A stretch of DNA of 64,000 nt, from the IMG/VR virus record IMGVR_UViG_3300050343_000256, positions 1-64,000 of that record. The stretch is one strand, 5' to 3'. Source of the stretch: a virus. Each line of letters begins with the position of its first letter. Position 1 is the stretch's first letter. Position numbers and translations under genes: made by a program. Below, piece after piece: positions 1 to 10,513 of this stretch. The notes below the pieces were generated by a model. That model had not been told where the DNA came from. It searched no databases and was given only the letters and a program-made list of their open reading frames with translations.

Positions 1-59
1 AACACCCCCTCACAGCTCGAATACCGGTCAAACAAAAAAAGAAGTAGGCACTAACAGCA

Positions 60-392
60 ACCGCAGCCGCGACCGCGTTCTCGCTACGCGAGTGAACGCA
101 GTGTCGCTGTGATGCATGTGATAACCGAGGAGTACACGAGTAAGCGACGCGATGAGCGACGCGGTTACCGCGACTGTGTTCGCGCAATTCGCTGCCGCGA
201 TTCCGCTCTCACTCGTGTCGCTGGTTACCTAAGTAAGCGACGCGATCCGCGCAAGCGACGCGTTCATTCGTACAACGATCAGTATTACTTATGCTTCGGC
301 TGCATCCACGCGCCCTCAACAGACACCCCGCACGCTCGCGAATGCGCGATCCGCGGTCCACCACCCCCGCGATGACGCGATACGCGCCCGCC
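60..392. repeat. CG-rich low-complexity repeat tract (AGCGACGCG units), likely non-coding terminal region
   Basis: (TA)AGCGACGCG(AT) near 141, 155, 234 and 253, plus many CGCG/CGCGA; overlapping ORFs are Arg-rich and look spurious. Confidence 0.6.
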
Positions 393-513
393 AAATCTCC
401 TGTTAGTCACTTGACGTTACTGTTCCGTCACGTATCCGTGCCTACCACACCCACCAAATATCATCGCGATTCACATGATTACGGGTGTACACATACAACA
501 GTGCATTCAAATC

Positions 514-699
514 ATGGACTCCGCTTTCTGGTTCGAGATCACTTGGTTCCAATCAACACAGCTCGACATTCACGGCGGACAATACGCACTACTGCTCAGC
601 AGGGATGAATGCCGAGTGGACGACTGCAAAGAGGTGCTGTCCGGTCCCGAGACAGCTCCACTCCATTACGTCTACTCCGACGGCGAAATTCCCTTCTAA
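514..699 (+). CDS. hypothetical early protein
   Basis: ATG 8 nt after box 1; ends just before a terminator hairpin. Confidence 0.6.
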   Translation: MDSAFWFEITWFQSTQLDIHGGQYALLLSRDECRVDDCKEVLSGPETAPLHYVYSDGEIPF

Positions 700-761
700 A
701 TCACACGAGCCCTGGCGAAAGCTGGGGCTTTTTTATTGACCACTTACAACAGTGCATTCAA

Positions 762-1079
762 ATGTCTACAGAGGTTTACACGCTCTTCAAGTACGACACC
801 TGTTGGGATCCAAACCAGCTCGAGTTGATCCCGGTCGGACCGCCAGGCCCTGCGCAGTCAGTGACTTTCAAAATCCTGACCGGCACAGGCGTCGACTGGA
901 ATGGCAAGTCCTTCCCTAGCTGGGACGATGCCTACATCACCTGGACTGGCGACGGCGGTCTGCCAATAGCCGACTTGGAAGATGCCAATTGCTGCGACGC
1001 AGATCGCGTTTCAGCCCGAGACATCTACCGACAGCTTGAAACTCTTGGCTACCAGCGACATCTCCTTGGATCGCACTAA
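762..1079 (+). CDS. hypothetical early protein (MSTEVY...)
   Basis: ATG after box 2; the longer ORF-track start runs through the terminator. Confidence 0.7.
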   Translation: MSTEVYTLFKYDTCWDPNQLELIPVGPPGPAQSVTFKILTGTGVDWNGKSFPSWDDAYITWTGDGGLPIADLEDANCCDADRVSARDIYRQLETLGYQRHLLGSH

Positions 1080-1155
1080 TGACGTACGCCCGCACATCCC
1101 CTCAGTGACTCCGGTTGCTGGGGGGATTTTTAGTGCCCATATTCAACTGTGCATC

Positions 1156-1383
1156 ATGAATTCATTCACCTTTATCTGCGCAACTGTAGTGGCCTCAGCC
1201 ACAGTCACCTGGGGAATCATCCCCGCTATCAATAACAGGCTTCACGCAGATACTGCCAAACAATGCATCACTCACGCATGGCCTGCTGAAAAGCATGATC
1301 TCCGCGTGGACTTCTGCAGAAGCTACGGCTTCAAGACAGAGCCCAAGCAATACATCACCACCAACGCGATCAAAGCGTTCTGA
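1156..1383 (+). CDS. small membrane-anchored protein, paralog A
   Basis: N-terminal hydrophobic helix; C-x3-AW...C-x3-G pattern. Confidence 0.7.
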   Translation: MNSFTFICATVVASATVTWGIIPAINNRLHADTAKQCITHAWPAEKHDLRVDFCRSYGFKTEPKQYITTNAIKAF

Positions 1384-1386
1384 CTA

Positions 1387-1478
1387 CCCACCAAATCCCG
1401 GCGGGGCTTCGCCCCGAACAGCCGGGCTCCGAGACGGCCTGTTTTCTATTAGCCCTGCCAAAAGGTGGGGCTTTTTTA
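1387..1478 (+). repeat. about 90-bp structured element plus terminator, copy 1
   Basis: Near-identical to 1726-1817; differs at 2 nt in the terminator loop. Confidence 0.9.
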
Positions 1479-1504
1479 GTGCCCACATTCAACTGTGCAT
1501 TCAA

Positions 1505-1699
1505 ATGAAGAATCATTGGCCATCCATCACCTTGCTTGCAATGTTTGCGTTACCGGCTGCGTTGTTTGCTTTCATCCCTCACCAAATAGCTTGGCTCGAA
1601 GAAGCCACAGCTGCCGAGTGTAAAGCCAACGCCTGGACAGAAGCCAAAGCTGCTGCCACAAAGGCGTGGTGTATTCATAACGGTTACTCCGTTGAGTGA
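1505..1699 (+). CDS. small membrane-anchored protein, paralog B
   Basis: ATAAECKANAW...WCIHNGY aligns with DTAKQCITHAW...FCRSYGF of 1156-1383. Confidence 0.7.
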   Translation: MKNHWPSITLLAMFALPAALFAFIPHQIAWLEEATAAECKANAWTEAKAAATKAWCIHNGYSVE

Positions 1700-1725
1700 T
1701 CAACCCACCCAACATTCTCTATCAA

Positions 1726-1817
1726 CCCACCAAATCCCGGCGGGGCTTCGCCCCGAACAGCCGGGCTCCGAGACGGCCTGTTTTCTATTAGCCCTGCCGC
1801 AAGGTGGGGCTTTTTTA
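1726..1817 (+). repeat. about 90-bp structured element plus terminator, copy 2
   Basis: Direct repeat of 1387-1478. Confidence 0.9.
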
Positions 1818-1841
1818 TTGACCATTTACAACGGTACATTC

Positions 1842-2273
1842 ATGGGAACTCGTCTCTATCCCAAGACCACTGACCCGAGCAAGCTCGAAAGATTGGCTTG
1901 CGTCTCATCTGGGACCGCCAAGCTAGTTCCTTTTAAAGAGGAGTTGGAAAAGTACTTCTTGAAGATGCGCGAAGGCGCCACCTCTACCGATGAAGACGGT
2001 ATTGAATGGCCGGTCGACACTGAATACGAGTTTTTCAAGCTGTTCTCCGGCTCCAATGTTGATACCTACGAAGGCTTCAAACTTTTTGGCTGGGGCAAGT
2101 TCGACCTCGACCTTGTTCCAAACGACCAGGACCGATACGGCGGTGAGACCACGGACACAGATCTCATGCTCGACATGCTGCTCTCTTCCGGCTGGGATTC
2201 AATGCCTTGGAAGCCAGGGAACCCTGACGTCACCCAGGTGATCCAGCTCTCTGAAGGCTTTTACTGGGTCTAA
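1842..2273 (+). CDS. hypothetical phage protein (MGTRLYP...)
   Basis: ATG 3 nt after box 5; followed by a terminator. Confidence 0.75.
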   Translation: MGTRLYPKTTDPSKLERLACVSSGTAKLVPFKEELEKYFLKMREGATSTDEDGIEWPVDTEYEFFKLFSGSNVDTYEGFKLFGWGKFDLDLVPNDQDRYGGETTDTDLMLDMLLSSGWDSMPWKPGNPDVTQVIQLSEGFYWV

Positions 2274-2367
2274 CCCACCTATCCCCTCATTAGCTCCGGC
2301 TGGTGGGGGGATTTTTAATGCACCACTACAACGGTGCGTTTCAGTTCATTACTTCGCTTGATTACTC

Positions 2368-2859
2368 ATGACCACCAAAACTGACCTCGAAGCACAAGTC
2401 GCTCAACTTCAGGAACAACTGGCTGCTGCCCAGGCTGCAACGCCAGACTCTGCTCCTCGCCTGCCCGGTTTCGCCGGTCGTGTCTGGCTTCCTGAAAATA
2501 TTGACGAGGTTGTAACCAACCAAGATGGAACCACCTGGCAACCCGTCAAATACGGTACAACCAGGAACGGCTCCCGCTATTTCGAATGGAAGGCTCAAGT
2601 CTCTCATTTTGATAAGGAGACCAACAAGCGGATCTACTCCAAGACCCGAATTCCTTTCAAAGCCTGGAACGAACAAGCTAATCAGATCATGAACATGATC
2701 AAAGATGGCACCCGCCTTGTCGACATTACTGCCAACTACCTTCCAGAAGCTTGGTCTTACGAGGGCAAGGTTTACAGCAGGGATTTTTGGCACGTCGTCT
2801 CGGTCGATCCTTTCGTCCGTGATGAAGTAACCGAAGTCCAAGGCGAACTCAACGCTTGA
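2368..2859 (+). CDS. putative SSB-like OB-fold protein
   Basis: IPFKAWNEQANQI...DGTRLVDITA resembles the SSB pattern AW..qA..i...G..V.i. Confidence 0.45.
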   Translation: MTTKTDLEAQVAQLQEQLAAAQAATPDSAPRLPGFAGRVWLPENIDEVVTNQDGTTWQPVKYGTTRNGSRYFEWKAQVSHFDKETNKRIYSKTRIPFKAWNEQANQIMNMIKDGTRLVDITANYLPEAWSYEGKVYSRDFWHVVSVDPFVRDEVTEVQGELNA

Positions 2860-2961
2860 CACATCAGCCCTGCCCTTCACCGGGTGGGGCTTTTTTAGTG
2901 CACCAACACAACGGTGCCACAAACTATTTATCAACCTGTTCACCTTATTAACGTAAATCAA

Positions 2962-3246
2962 ATGACTATTGCCATCCCACAATTGAACATCCAAGACCAG
3001 GCTTACTCTCTCATCGACACACTCAAAGAGATCAACTATCGCAAGCACTATGAGCAAACAATTTCTACCATCTTGCTCATCGCTGCCTGGATAGTTGTCA
3101 TCGCCCAAACCATCTACAAAGGCTGGCAATTCGCCGCCCCTCACATCATCAATGGCGCTCGCCAACTAGCCAACTTCATCGAATCACTTGACGACTCGCC
3201 GCCGCCCATACCACTGATACCGGAGACAGACAAAATCCCCTTTTAG
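2962..3246 (+). CDS. hypothetical membrane protein
   Basis: One transmembrane-like segment; lies between box 7 and a terminator. Confidence 0.6.
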   Translation: MTIAIPQLNIQDQAYSLIDTLKEINYRKHYEQTISTILLIAAWIVVIAQTIYKGWQFAAPHIINGARQLANFIESLDDSPPPIPLIPETDKIPF

Positions 3247-3334
3247 ATCCCAACACTCCCTCTACCCCTGCCCTACCGGGTGGGGGTTTTTTATTGCACC
3301 ACTTCAACGGTGCATTTACTTCGCTAGTTCCTTC

Positions 3335-3523
3335 ATGGCTCTTACACACATCAGTATTCCTCTGTTCGACGCCGCAGTCCAACTCGAGGAGGTCTATACC
3401 GATCACAAGGCTCAAACCTTGACCATCGAGCAAGAAGAGATCCTTGCAGAAGATGCATATCACAAGAGGACAAGCCATGAAAGAAGCTGTGCCCACCTCA
3501 TGGGCAATCAATCAAGCTTCTGA
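3335..3523 (+). CDS. hypothetical protein
   Basis: ORF between box 8 and a terminator. Confidence 0.6.
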   Translation: MALTHISIPLFDAAVQLEEVYTDHKAQTLTIEQEEILAEDAYHKRTSHERSCAHLMGNQSSF

Positions 3524-3618
3524 ATCACGCTCTCCTTACAACGTCGTCTTCTGACGCTTACCCCTGCCGGTACTGCCGGTGGGGGTTTTTTTCGTACAAC
3601 AACTATGCATTACTAACC

Positions 3619-4140
3619 ATGGGAACACGTTCAGCTATCGGCCACGAATTACCGTCCGGCAAGATCAAAGCCGTCTACTGCCACTGGGATGGCTATCCCA
3701 AGCACCATCTGCCAATTCTGATCAAGCACTACAACACGCTCGAGAAAGCAAAGGCACTTATCAAGCCAGGCTCCATGTCCACACTTAGGACCAGAGAAAC
3801 CTGGAACTGCGGCCCTCGACTCAAATACAACGAGACCTATCTCCAGGACCCTGAAGGACTACAGATGTTTCAAGGCGACAGGGAGCCGCAACCCCTGTAC
3901 CACCACGAACGTGGAGATGGTCCCTGGAATGCAACCGACTCCGACTACGCAGATCCACCACATGTGAACGCATCACTCAAGGCTGCCCGTAAATGGTGGG
4001 CTGACTCTTGCTGCGAGCACATGTACATCTTCGAGATCAACGTCGGCTGGATTCACTACGACCTGAACGAACCTGAGCCCAAGCACAAGTTCACCAAGGT
4101 CAGTCAACTTCTATGTAACCAAATAGATCAAAGCCCATAG
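3619..4140 (+). CDS. conserved phage early protein (MGTRS.IG...YCHWDGYP family)
   Basis: Recognisable widespread phage motif of unknown function. Confidence 0.75.
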   Translation: MGTRSAIGHELPSGKIKAVYCHWDGYPKHHLPILIKHYNTLEKAKALIKPGSMSTLRTRETWNCGPRLKYNETYLQDPEGLQMFQGDREPQPLYHHERGDGPWNATDSDYADPPHVNASLKAARKWWADSCCEHMYIFEINVGWIHYDLNEPEPKHKFTKVSQLLCNQIDQSP

Positions 4141-4147
4141 ACTCACC

Positions 4148-4354
4148 TCAGGTTGGTAAGTCCAGGCAATAACCAGACATCCCGTACTCAGGCTCACTGT
4201 TCTCTGGCGCCATCTCATTAAAGTCAGAAACGAGTGACCTGGGTATCAACTTATCCCTACGGAATGCCCTACGCATTTCGTTCAAGTTGAAAGGCGACAG
4301 CCCATCACGGATATCTAATTCCAACTCCGTCCCGGCCAGTCTGAAATCATCCAT
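4148..4354 (-). CDS. hypothetical protein with N-terminal RLAG
   Basis: MDDFRLAG; overlaps the end of 4347-4550. Confidence 0.6.
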   Translation of the reverse strand: MDDFRLAGTELELDIRDGLSPFNLNEMRRAFRRDKLIPRSLVSDFNEMAPENSEPEYGMSGYCLDLPT

Positions 4355-4550
4355 CGATCAATTTCTCAAGCTTGGCCTTGCCAACAATTGTCTCTCCCTG
4401 CTGGTAGTAAAAGCTGTCGGTCTTCCCGGCAGCCTTTAATGCCTTGCAAATGCTTACCCATTTATCAGCTTCCGTATCAACCCAAAGACCCTTATGTAAT
4501 TCATCAGGACTACTCAAGAAATCATCAGTCATCAGGCTGAACAATCTCAT
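4347..4550 (-). CDS. small cyanophage hypothetical protein
   Basis: W..I..AL..AGKTDSFYY pattern. Confidence 0.6.
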   Translation of the reverse strand: MRLFSLMTDDFLSSPDELHKGLWVDTEADKWVSICKALKAAGKTDSFYYQQGETIVGKAKLEKLIDG

Positions 4551-4673
4551 GTTCTTCGCACAATCTAATGCACTCCTTCACAAGCGCATAGTACGAACTA
4601 TCAGTTTTATGACCTTCTTCCAGAGTCAATACAACCCTGGAATACAAGTCACATTCCCACTGCTGGGGAGTAG

Positions 4674-5261
4674 TCATGAAGGCAATACTTGGTCGCGCTC
4701 CTGGTCAACTGCCTGGCCCTGGCTCAGGAAATTCATCAGGTCAATCAAGCCTGCTCCACTTGCAGTTACGCCTAACGAGACACCACTAACAGCGCCAACC
4801 CTGGCGATGTCTCCTTTTGTGCCTGGATCAGCAAGAGCTCCTGCTATTTGCGCTTTTGCCTGAGAAATACCTTCCCTAGTCATAATGCCTGGGCCCTCAG
4901 CACGAGCAATGGTTTCACCCATTTGCTGAAGCTGCCCACTATTCATTTGACCCATGCGCCCTAGCAAGTCCTTGGCTGCGACTTTGGACAAGCTTTCTTG
5001 ATTCAAAGGAGGCCGACCACTGGGGATGCCCATTGACTGAAAAAGGTCACGAGTGTTGTTCGCACTATCACCTCTCCTAAATGACTCTCTACGAATAATA
5101 TCTGCAGCTGCTAAAGCGCGATCGTTCTGACTACGACCCATCGTTGCTTTAAGCCGCCCTGCTTTTTCTTTGTCAGCAACCCCACCGTGCTTTGCGGCCT
5201 CATCCGCAAAATAGTTAATCATTCTCCCTCTATTGCTAGGGATTAAATCTTGTGGTCGCAC
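4674..5261 (-). CDS. hypothetical protein, possibly virion-associated
   Basis: 195-aa ORF; TAGAAT upstream on the - strand near 5290. Confidence 0.65.
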   Translation of the reverse strand: MRPQDLIPSNRGRMINYFADEAAKHGGVADKEKAGRLKATMGRSQNDRALAAADIIRRESFRRGDSANNTRDLFQSMGIPSGRPPLNQESLSKVAAKDLLGRMGQMNSGQLQQMGETIARAEGPGIMTREGISQAKAQIAGALADPGTKGDIARVGAVSGVSLGVTASGAGLIDLMNFLSQGQAVDQERDQVLPS

Positions 5262-5308
5262 GACTTAAATGAGCATTTTCTGTGTTCATTCTAGGTCGTG
5301 TTTTTTTA

Positions 5309-5328
5309 TGCCCCTCTTCAACAGTGCG
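5309..5328 (+). promoter_or_regulatory. CAAC box copy 10
   Basis: TGCCCC-TCTT-CAAC-AGTGCG after a T-tract. Confidence 0.8.
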
Positions 5329-5359
5329 TTTTAGAGGGTTTCACTTCGCTTAATGATCC

Positions 5360-5698
5360 ATGAGCTTTAAATTGCCACGTATTTGGCGCTTTCAATGCAG
5401 GTACTACAACGATCCATCTGATTTCAACAACGTCACGTTCGCTTACGTCGACGAAGACCATCTTGAAAGCGCAATTCAAGTTGGCGTTAAATCAGATCAC
5501 ATTGTCCACCAATTCGGAGAAGACAACAAAGACGACTCGTTCATCGACGAGAAAACGGGTACTACCCACTACGGCAAGTCCCACCCACTAGGCACAGTCA
5601 GCCCTCAAAGGGTGTTTGCAATCAAGAAACGCAAAGAGCGTCAAGAAGCTGAAAAGCTTGCGCATAACGCCGACATTGCTCGGCTGACCAGCACCTAA
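5360..5698 (+). CDS. hypothetical protein
   Basis: ORF after box 10, followed by a hairpin at about 5706-5736. Confidence 0.7.
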   Translation: MSFKLPRIWRFQCRYYNDPSDFNNVTFAYVDEDHLESAIQVGVKSDHIVHQFGEDNKDDSFIDEKTGTTHYGKSHPLGTVSPQRVFAIKKRKERQEAEKLAHNADIARLTST

Positions 5699-7738
5699 CC
5701 CTCTCGGCCCCGGCAGGCGTCATGCTTGCTGGGGCTTGCGCGTCTCCTATTTTCGTGCATCATATGCATGACTGGTCACACGACATGAATGCTAATCCTG
5801 AGATTTACTGCCTTCGCTCTCTCCGCCATGCAGCGGCTGAGCTCCTGGCGCTCATCGAGGCAGAAGACCCCAGCCAAGCATCCACTGGAGACAGCGAAAA
5901 AGCACGACTCATCAGTCAATTCATCCATGACGCAGACGAACGGCTTCAACTCAAGTAACCGCTACCTTCCTCAACTCTATGGCACTGACACCACTCGACT
6001 CCAGGTCACAGACAGAAAGACTGGACTTATCTGTTTGTATAAAACCAAGGATGTCTATCAACAAATTGAGATTATCAAGCATCTCAGGGATCAAAAGCCT
6101 CTGGACTTGGTCCCGTACTGCCTTATCAATCCGCAAGGCACCATCCAATCAACGCCTCGTCGACGAGCTGATTAACCACGTAAAAGTCAGACAACCGCTG
6201 CAAATTCGGTTGCATGCTCATGACGACTACCCGCAAAGAATATCTTTTGACTGCTTCGTCGATCAAAAGATTCGGGTCGTTGAACGCATGCACAAGTTTG
6301 GTGGCAATGCTTGTAAAAAGCTTGCCGCTTTCATGTTGGCTGCCGATGACACAAACCTTGAGGCCCTTATCGACTCCAAAGTTATCTTCGAGAATCTTGT
6401 CTCTAAGTACCTAGACGGTGGGATCTTCGATCGTGGAACCTGACTTCATACTCTGCGAAACGCCTAACAAATACTATTGCTTAACTCCCTTGTCGAACTT
6501 CGGCAAGGAATTAATCAAGCAATTTGAAGGCTATCCAACCCTAGGCTCCGCTCTGCTTCTCAACCAGGAGCAGAGCTTTTTAGTCAATGGACTAATTAAA
6601 CAGCTAGGGCACTCAGTCGCACAAAGAAGTTATCACCATCAGCCGATCTCAACTGACATGCCTGCTGTCAAACCTTCAGCTGCACCAACAGTTGTAAAAG
6701 ACACGCGGTACAAGTCAAGAACGCGCCACTTCACAAGCTACAGCGACAACTTCTTCCCAAACCAAAACGGATCAACAAAATGTTTATCAGACAAAGAATT
6801 ATGTGTAATCCAATCGCTTGAAAACTACCAAGTCGCTAACCCAAGGCTGATTACAGCCTCCCTTGACTCCTTTCAACTGACACCTACGAATGATTATCCC
6901 ATCAACTGCTCACACAACACAGGCTCGCCGCACACCACCAAGATCACAAGAGAAAAGATCAACTAAAAGCAAACGACCTTGCAACAGGTCAAAATCGTAA
7001 GCGAGCCTGGGCGATCCATTAAAGACTGATGGACCGGTGACTGGTATTTCTTCCGCGTAGATCACGGTCAAAGGAATGCAAGGGCAATGGCAATTAACTG
7101 CAGGAGAGGAGCAGATATCTTGGGTTCTAGAGCCATGGAATGCAATGTGCAACTTCTGCAGAAGGTTTCACTTCAACTTCATCAAAGGCGCGGTGCAAGT
7201 TGAGAATGGCTGGGCTCCAGCGCTACGTTCTTCGACAAGGATTCTTAATCCTAGAAGAGCCCGAGCCTGAGGAAGAACCCATGACTTGGTCCCAACCGGG
7301 GCAGGAAGTTCCGGTTGTCGTGCAACCCCAAACACCTAACCAAATCGTGGCTCAGGCATCAGAGCACATGATCAACAGTTGGCTGGCAGTTCGCCAGACA
7401 TATCCAAGAGTTCGCAGGTATTACAGGACTTCGATGACATCGCATTCACGTGGGAAGTCAGTTAAGGGCGCAACTGATCTCTGTCAATCGCAACTCATGA
7501 CATCAAACATCACGCATCAATCACCATCCATCTACCCAGAAGATTATCCAGGCAATGAATGGTACGACGCTGAAATCGCTTACTTAAAAAGTAAACGACC
7601 TGATCCTGACGATCTCGAGGACTCAGACGATGGGCTGTAAGCACCTAACAGTTTGAGTGGCTCGGATCTTTAACTTCCGGGCCTTTTCCTTTTCAGCTTT
7701 AAGCCGAATCATCATGTCTAAATTAATTGCTCGCATGC

Positions 7739-7846
7739 TCAGCCCACCCACCGAGAGTACGCCACTCCTCGGTACACAAAGGTCACTTCACGCAGAACAC
7801 CAGTTCCTGACTGGCGACCAGAAGCTTGCCACTTACGTGTCGACAT
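7739..7846 (-). CDS. DUF4278-like microprotein
   Basis: FVYRGVAY motif. Confidence 0.5.
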   Translation of the reverse strand: MSTRKWQASGRQSGTGVLREVTFVYRGVAYSRWVG

Positions 7847-7943
7847 CTGAAGTCTCTCAAACAGCAACGCCCCCGTCGTATGGCGCTGATGGTTGCGGCT
7901 ATTAAGCCCGACGATTTCTACAACTCTAACAACATTAATTCCA

Positions 7944-8240
7944 ATGATTGCCAAGCTTCATCCCAGGTTCACGATGCTCACAGACGCAAGTCACAAATGG
8001 GTCAAAGTCAGGAAGTCATACCTAGAAGACTTAATTGGCAATGACTGGCGCAAGTACTTCACTTGCTCTAGCTACGAAAGAACTGACTTTGTCTACCTCG
8101 AGGAACAGAAAGACACGGTTACCTTTTTAAAGGAATGCCGCAAGAAAGACATCCACCCTGAGTTTGTCTGCGCCGAACACAAAACAGATCGACCCTCAAA
8201 GATTCGCGGCTACGAACCCTTGGCTCCCATGGATTTATGA
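7944..8240 (+). CDS. conserved phage hypothetical protein (D.sH.W.kV...YLEE.D family)
   Basis: TDASHKWVKV...VYLEEQKD. Confidence 0.7.
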   Translation: MIAKLHPRFTMLTDASHKWVKVRKSYLEDLIGNDWRKYFTCSSYERTDFVYLEEQKDTVTFLKECRKKDIHPEFVCAEHKTDRPSKIRGYEPLAPMDL

Positions 8241-8818
8241 CTTCATCACAAACAGACCAGTCGTTTGTCAAAGATCTATTTGACACATTATTTGGGACCG
8301 TCGATACAGAAATGATCGACCTGTCCGATGACGACACGGCTGGCATTGAAGCTATTGACCTCGAAAAACTAGTCGTAACTGACATGACTGCATCCACTAA
8401 AGACAAGATCTCTGACGAATCAATCAGAGCAGCTCAACGCAAATTTGCCAAGGTTTACCAAGCCTTCTTCGAACAGTGGGAAACCCAGCAAGAACGTAGT
8501 GACTACGCAGACAGCGCTGGTGGTAAAGGCTGGATCGGTTCTCATTCCTGCAGTACTGCCAATGAGCACAGTTCCGTTGTTGCTTGGAGCTCAGACAGCG
8601 ACAAGATCTACACCATGGGACCCAAGTTCTACGTCGCCTTGGCGCGGTGGAACAGAAAAGCAGAGAAAGATGGATTCACTCCAATCAGATTCTCAAACTT
8701 ACACACGACTCCTTACATGCACACAAACTCAGAACGACGCCCCCTTCCCAAGGCAAGCGACTTCTGGAGTGCATTTCACGGTATCGGCGAACCACTTAGC
8801 TTCGCAATCACGTCATGA
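8237..8818 (+). CDS. hypothetical protein
   Basis: 193-aa ORF with ATGA overlaps at both ends. Confidence 0.7.
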   Translation: MTSSQTDQSFVKDLFDTLFGTVDTEMIDLSDDDTAGIEAIDLEKLVVTDMTASTKDKISDESIRAAQRKFAKVYQAFFEQWETQQERSDYADSAGGKGWIGSHSCSTANEHSSVVAWSSDSDKIYTMGPKFYVALARWNRKAEKDGFTPIRFSNLHTTPYMHTNSERRPLPKASDFWSAFHGIGEPLSFAITS

Positions 8819-9459
8819 ACCACTTAACTAAGACAATAACAATCAAGATCAAATCAAATGAACTTGAGCGAATTGATAAGGCAGCAGTAGAGCGCGGAAT
8901 TAGCCGTAGCGCTTTTATGCGTGAATGCTGCTTTAAGACCATAGAAGGGCCTCTCGCGGATAGCAACACTATTCGTTCAATTCTTCAGCGACTTGATCAC
9001 CTTGACACCCATCTACTAGCTAATGAGCTACACCTACACCACACTCCCATCACTCAGCCTGCTGAATTCAAAGTCATCAAGCTCAAGCGCAGTGGTCCCA
9101 GCCCGGTCAATCTGTTTCTTCCTGGGAAGCAGGTAAATGCCTGGCTGACGGTGGGACAAGCAGCGCGATCTCAATCTCTACAAACTTCTATGACTAACTA
9201 CACCACACCCATCACCAGCCTCAACGGCACAAGCCGTTCTGACTTGCATGAAGAATGGCTATCTGCCAGGACACTTCTGTCCCAGGCGCTAGAAGAACTG
9301 AAAGCAGCTACTTGTCATCCAAGAGACTTTCAGTTCCAAGAAAGTGGAGCTTGGGACAAAGCACAGCAAGAGAAGTCAACAGTTCTTGCATACGCAGAAG
9401 ACGCCTTGGATCTTGCGTCCGCATGGGTCGTTGCGACTCAACCTTCTAAGGAGAACTAA
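8815..9459 (+). CDS. ribbon-helix-helix (CopG-like) N-terminus in frame with a second phage domain; internal start at 9190 likely
   Basis: ITIKIKSNELERIDKAAVERGISRSAFMR; later MTNYTTPITSLNGTS...HPRDF. Confidence 0.6.
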   Translation: MNHLTKTITIKIKSNELERIDKAAVERGISRSAFMRECCFKTIEGPLADSNTIRSILQRLDHLDTHLLANELHLHHTPITQPAEFKVIKLKRSGPSPVNLFLPGKQVNAWLTVGQAARSQSLQTSMTNYTTPITSLNGTSRSDLHEEWLSARTLLSQALEELKAATCHPRDFQFQESGAWDKAQQEKSTVLAYAEDALDLASAWVVATQPSKEN

Positions 9460-10177
9460 TGAAACACTTCAAAGTCGCTTACGAGCAACGCCTCTGGATT
9501 AACGGTCACGGCTACTCAACCAGCAGGCACTTCCAAGACATCTACGCCAAAGACATGGACCGCGCCCTGGGCAAGTGGTCTAACCAACAACTCGACAATC
9601 AATCGCTGCTCTGCATTACCGAACAATCATGAACATTCATCTCATCGTCTCCGAGGCTGAGCAAATGGCCATCGTCAATGCTCTTGCTTTCTACAACGAC
9701 ATGCACATGTCGGATACAAACCGACTACTCGCTAAAGGTCACGCATTCCCCGACCTAAATCAATGGCGCACGGTCTTCACAGAAGACAATCGCGGCAACG
9801 ACTGCGAAGGCCCGATCGATCAGCTTGCTACCAAAATCGCTAACTGCGCATGACACTACATGGACTTGTCATCATTCTGAACACACACCTTATCCAACCA
9901 ACCAATGACCCTCTCAACCAACTTCATCGTTAAACTCACAGCAACAAAAGCTTCCCACAAACGTATTGGCTACGTCAACAACTCTGGTGACATAACTGAT
10001 CATATTTTTGAAGCAAGGATTTTTACTTTTAAAGAGCAAGCGCAAGCCATTGCTACTGCCTACTCAAGCAAGTCAAGCAAAGTTTCAGCTCGAGTTATCA
10101 AAGCACCTTCAGTTGGCAAGACACTTGAAAGTTTCAGTCGACACTTAGACAAATGCATTTCCACATCCAACTAACCC

Positions 10178-10513
10178 ATGGAATTCACAGATCAAGACGC
10201 TCTTGACGCGATTGCACGTCTGATGAATGGCAATGAATGGGACTCAGAACTGGTCTCCCAAATTGCTGAAATCATTCATCACACCGGTCGCCCTCTTAAA
10301 GAGCCCGTGTATTTCCACAACACCACTCTTATCCAAGACATCGAGGGCTACCTCGCAGACAACCACACCCACCTATCCGAGCAACAGATCAAAGATGTTG
10401 CCCCCACCATTCAAGGGAAGCTTTCCTATGAAGGCATCTACACCCAGATCGATTCTCTTGTCTTGTATCTTCTGGGTAACTTAGGAGATAGCGAACAGAC
10501 TCCTCCTGAATAA
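10178..10513 (+). CDS. hypothetical phage protein
   Basis: Part of a tightly packed run of small + strand ORFs (9459-10739). Confidence 0.65.
   Translation: MEFTDQDALDAIARLMNGNEWDSELVSQIAEIIHHTGRPLKEPVYFHNTTLIQDIEGYLADNHTHLSEQQIKDVAPTIQGKLSYEGIYTQIDSLVLYLLGNLGDSEQTPPE

Larger units (their letters stand above)
486..3609 (+). repeat. Nine dispersed copies of a 20-bp box (TGCACC-N4-CAAC-GGTGCA-like), mostly right after a hairpin plus T-tract and just before a start codon
   Basis: Boxes at 486, 737, 1134, 1480, 1819, 2319, 2899, 3295 and about 3590 (weak); CAAC invariant. Confidence 0.9.

Noticed and set aside
609-2273. Long ORF-track versions of the early genes (starts 609, 982, 1295, 1692)
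   Set aside because: They run through terminator and box elements; shared HIQLCI/QQCIQM peptides are just the translated box, and the ATGs after each box are better starts
2362-3165. 267-aa minus-strand ORF
   Set aside because: Antisense shadow of two + strand genes; crosses a terminator
486-3609. CRISPR array or classical integron
   Set aside because: Repeats are degenerate, irregularly spaced and separated by whole genes; no cas genes, no tyrosine integron integrase and no attC GTT/AAC end boxes seen
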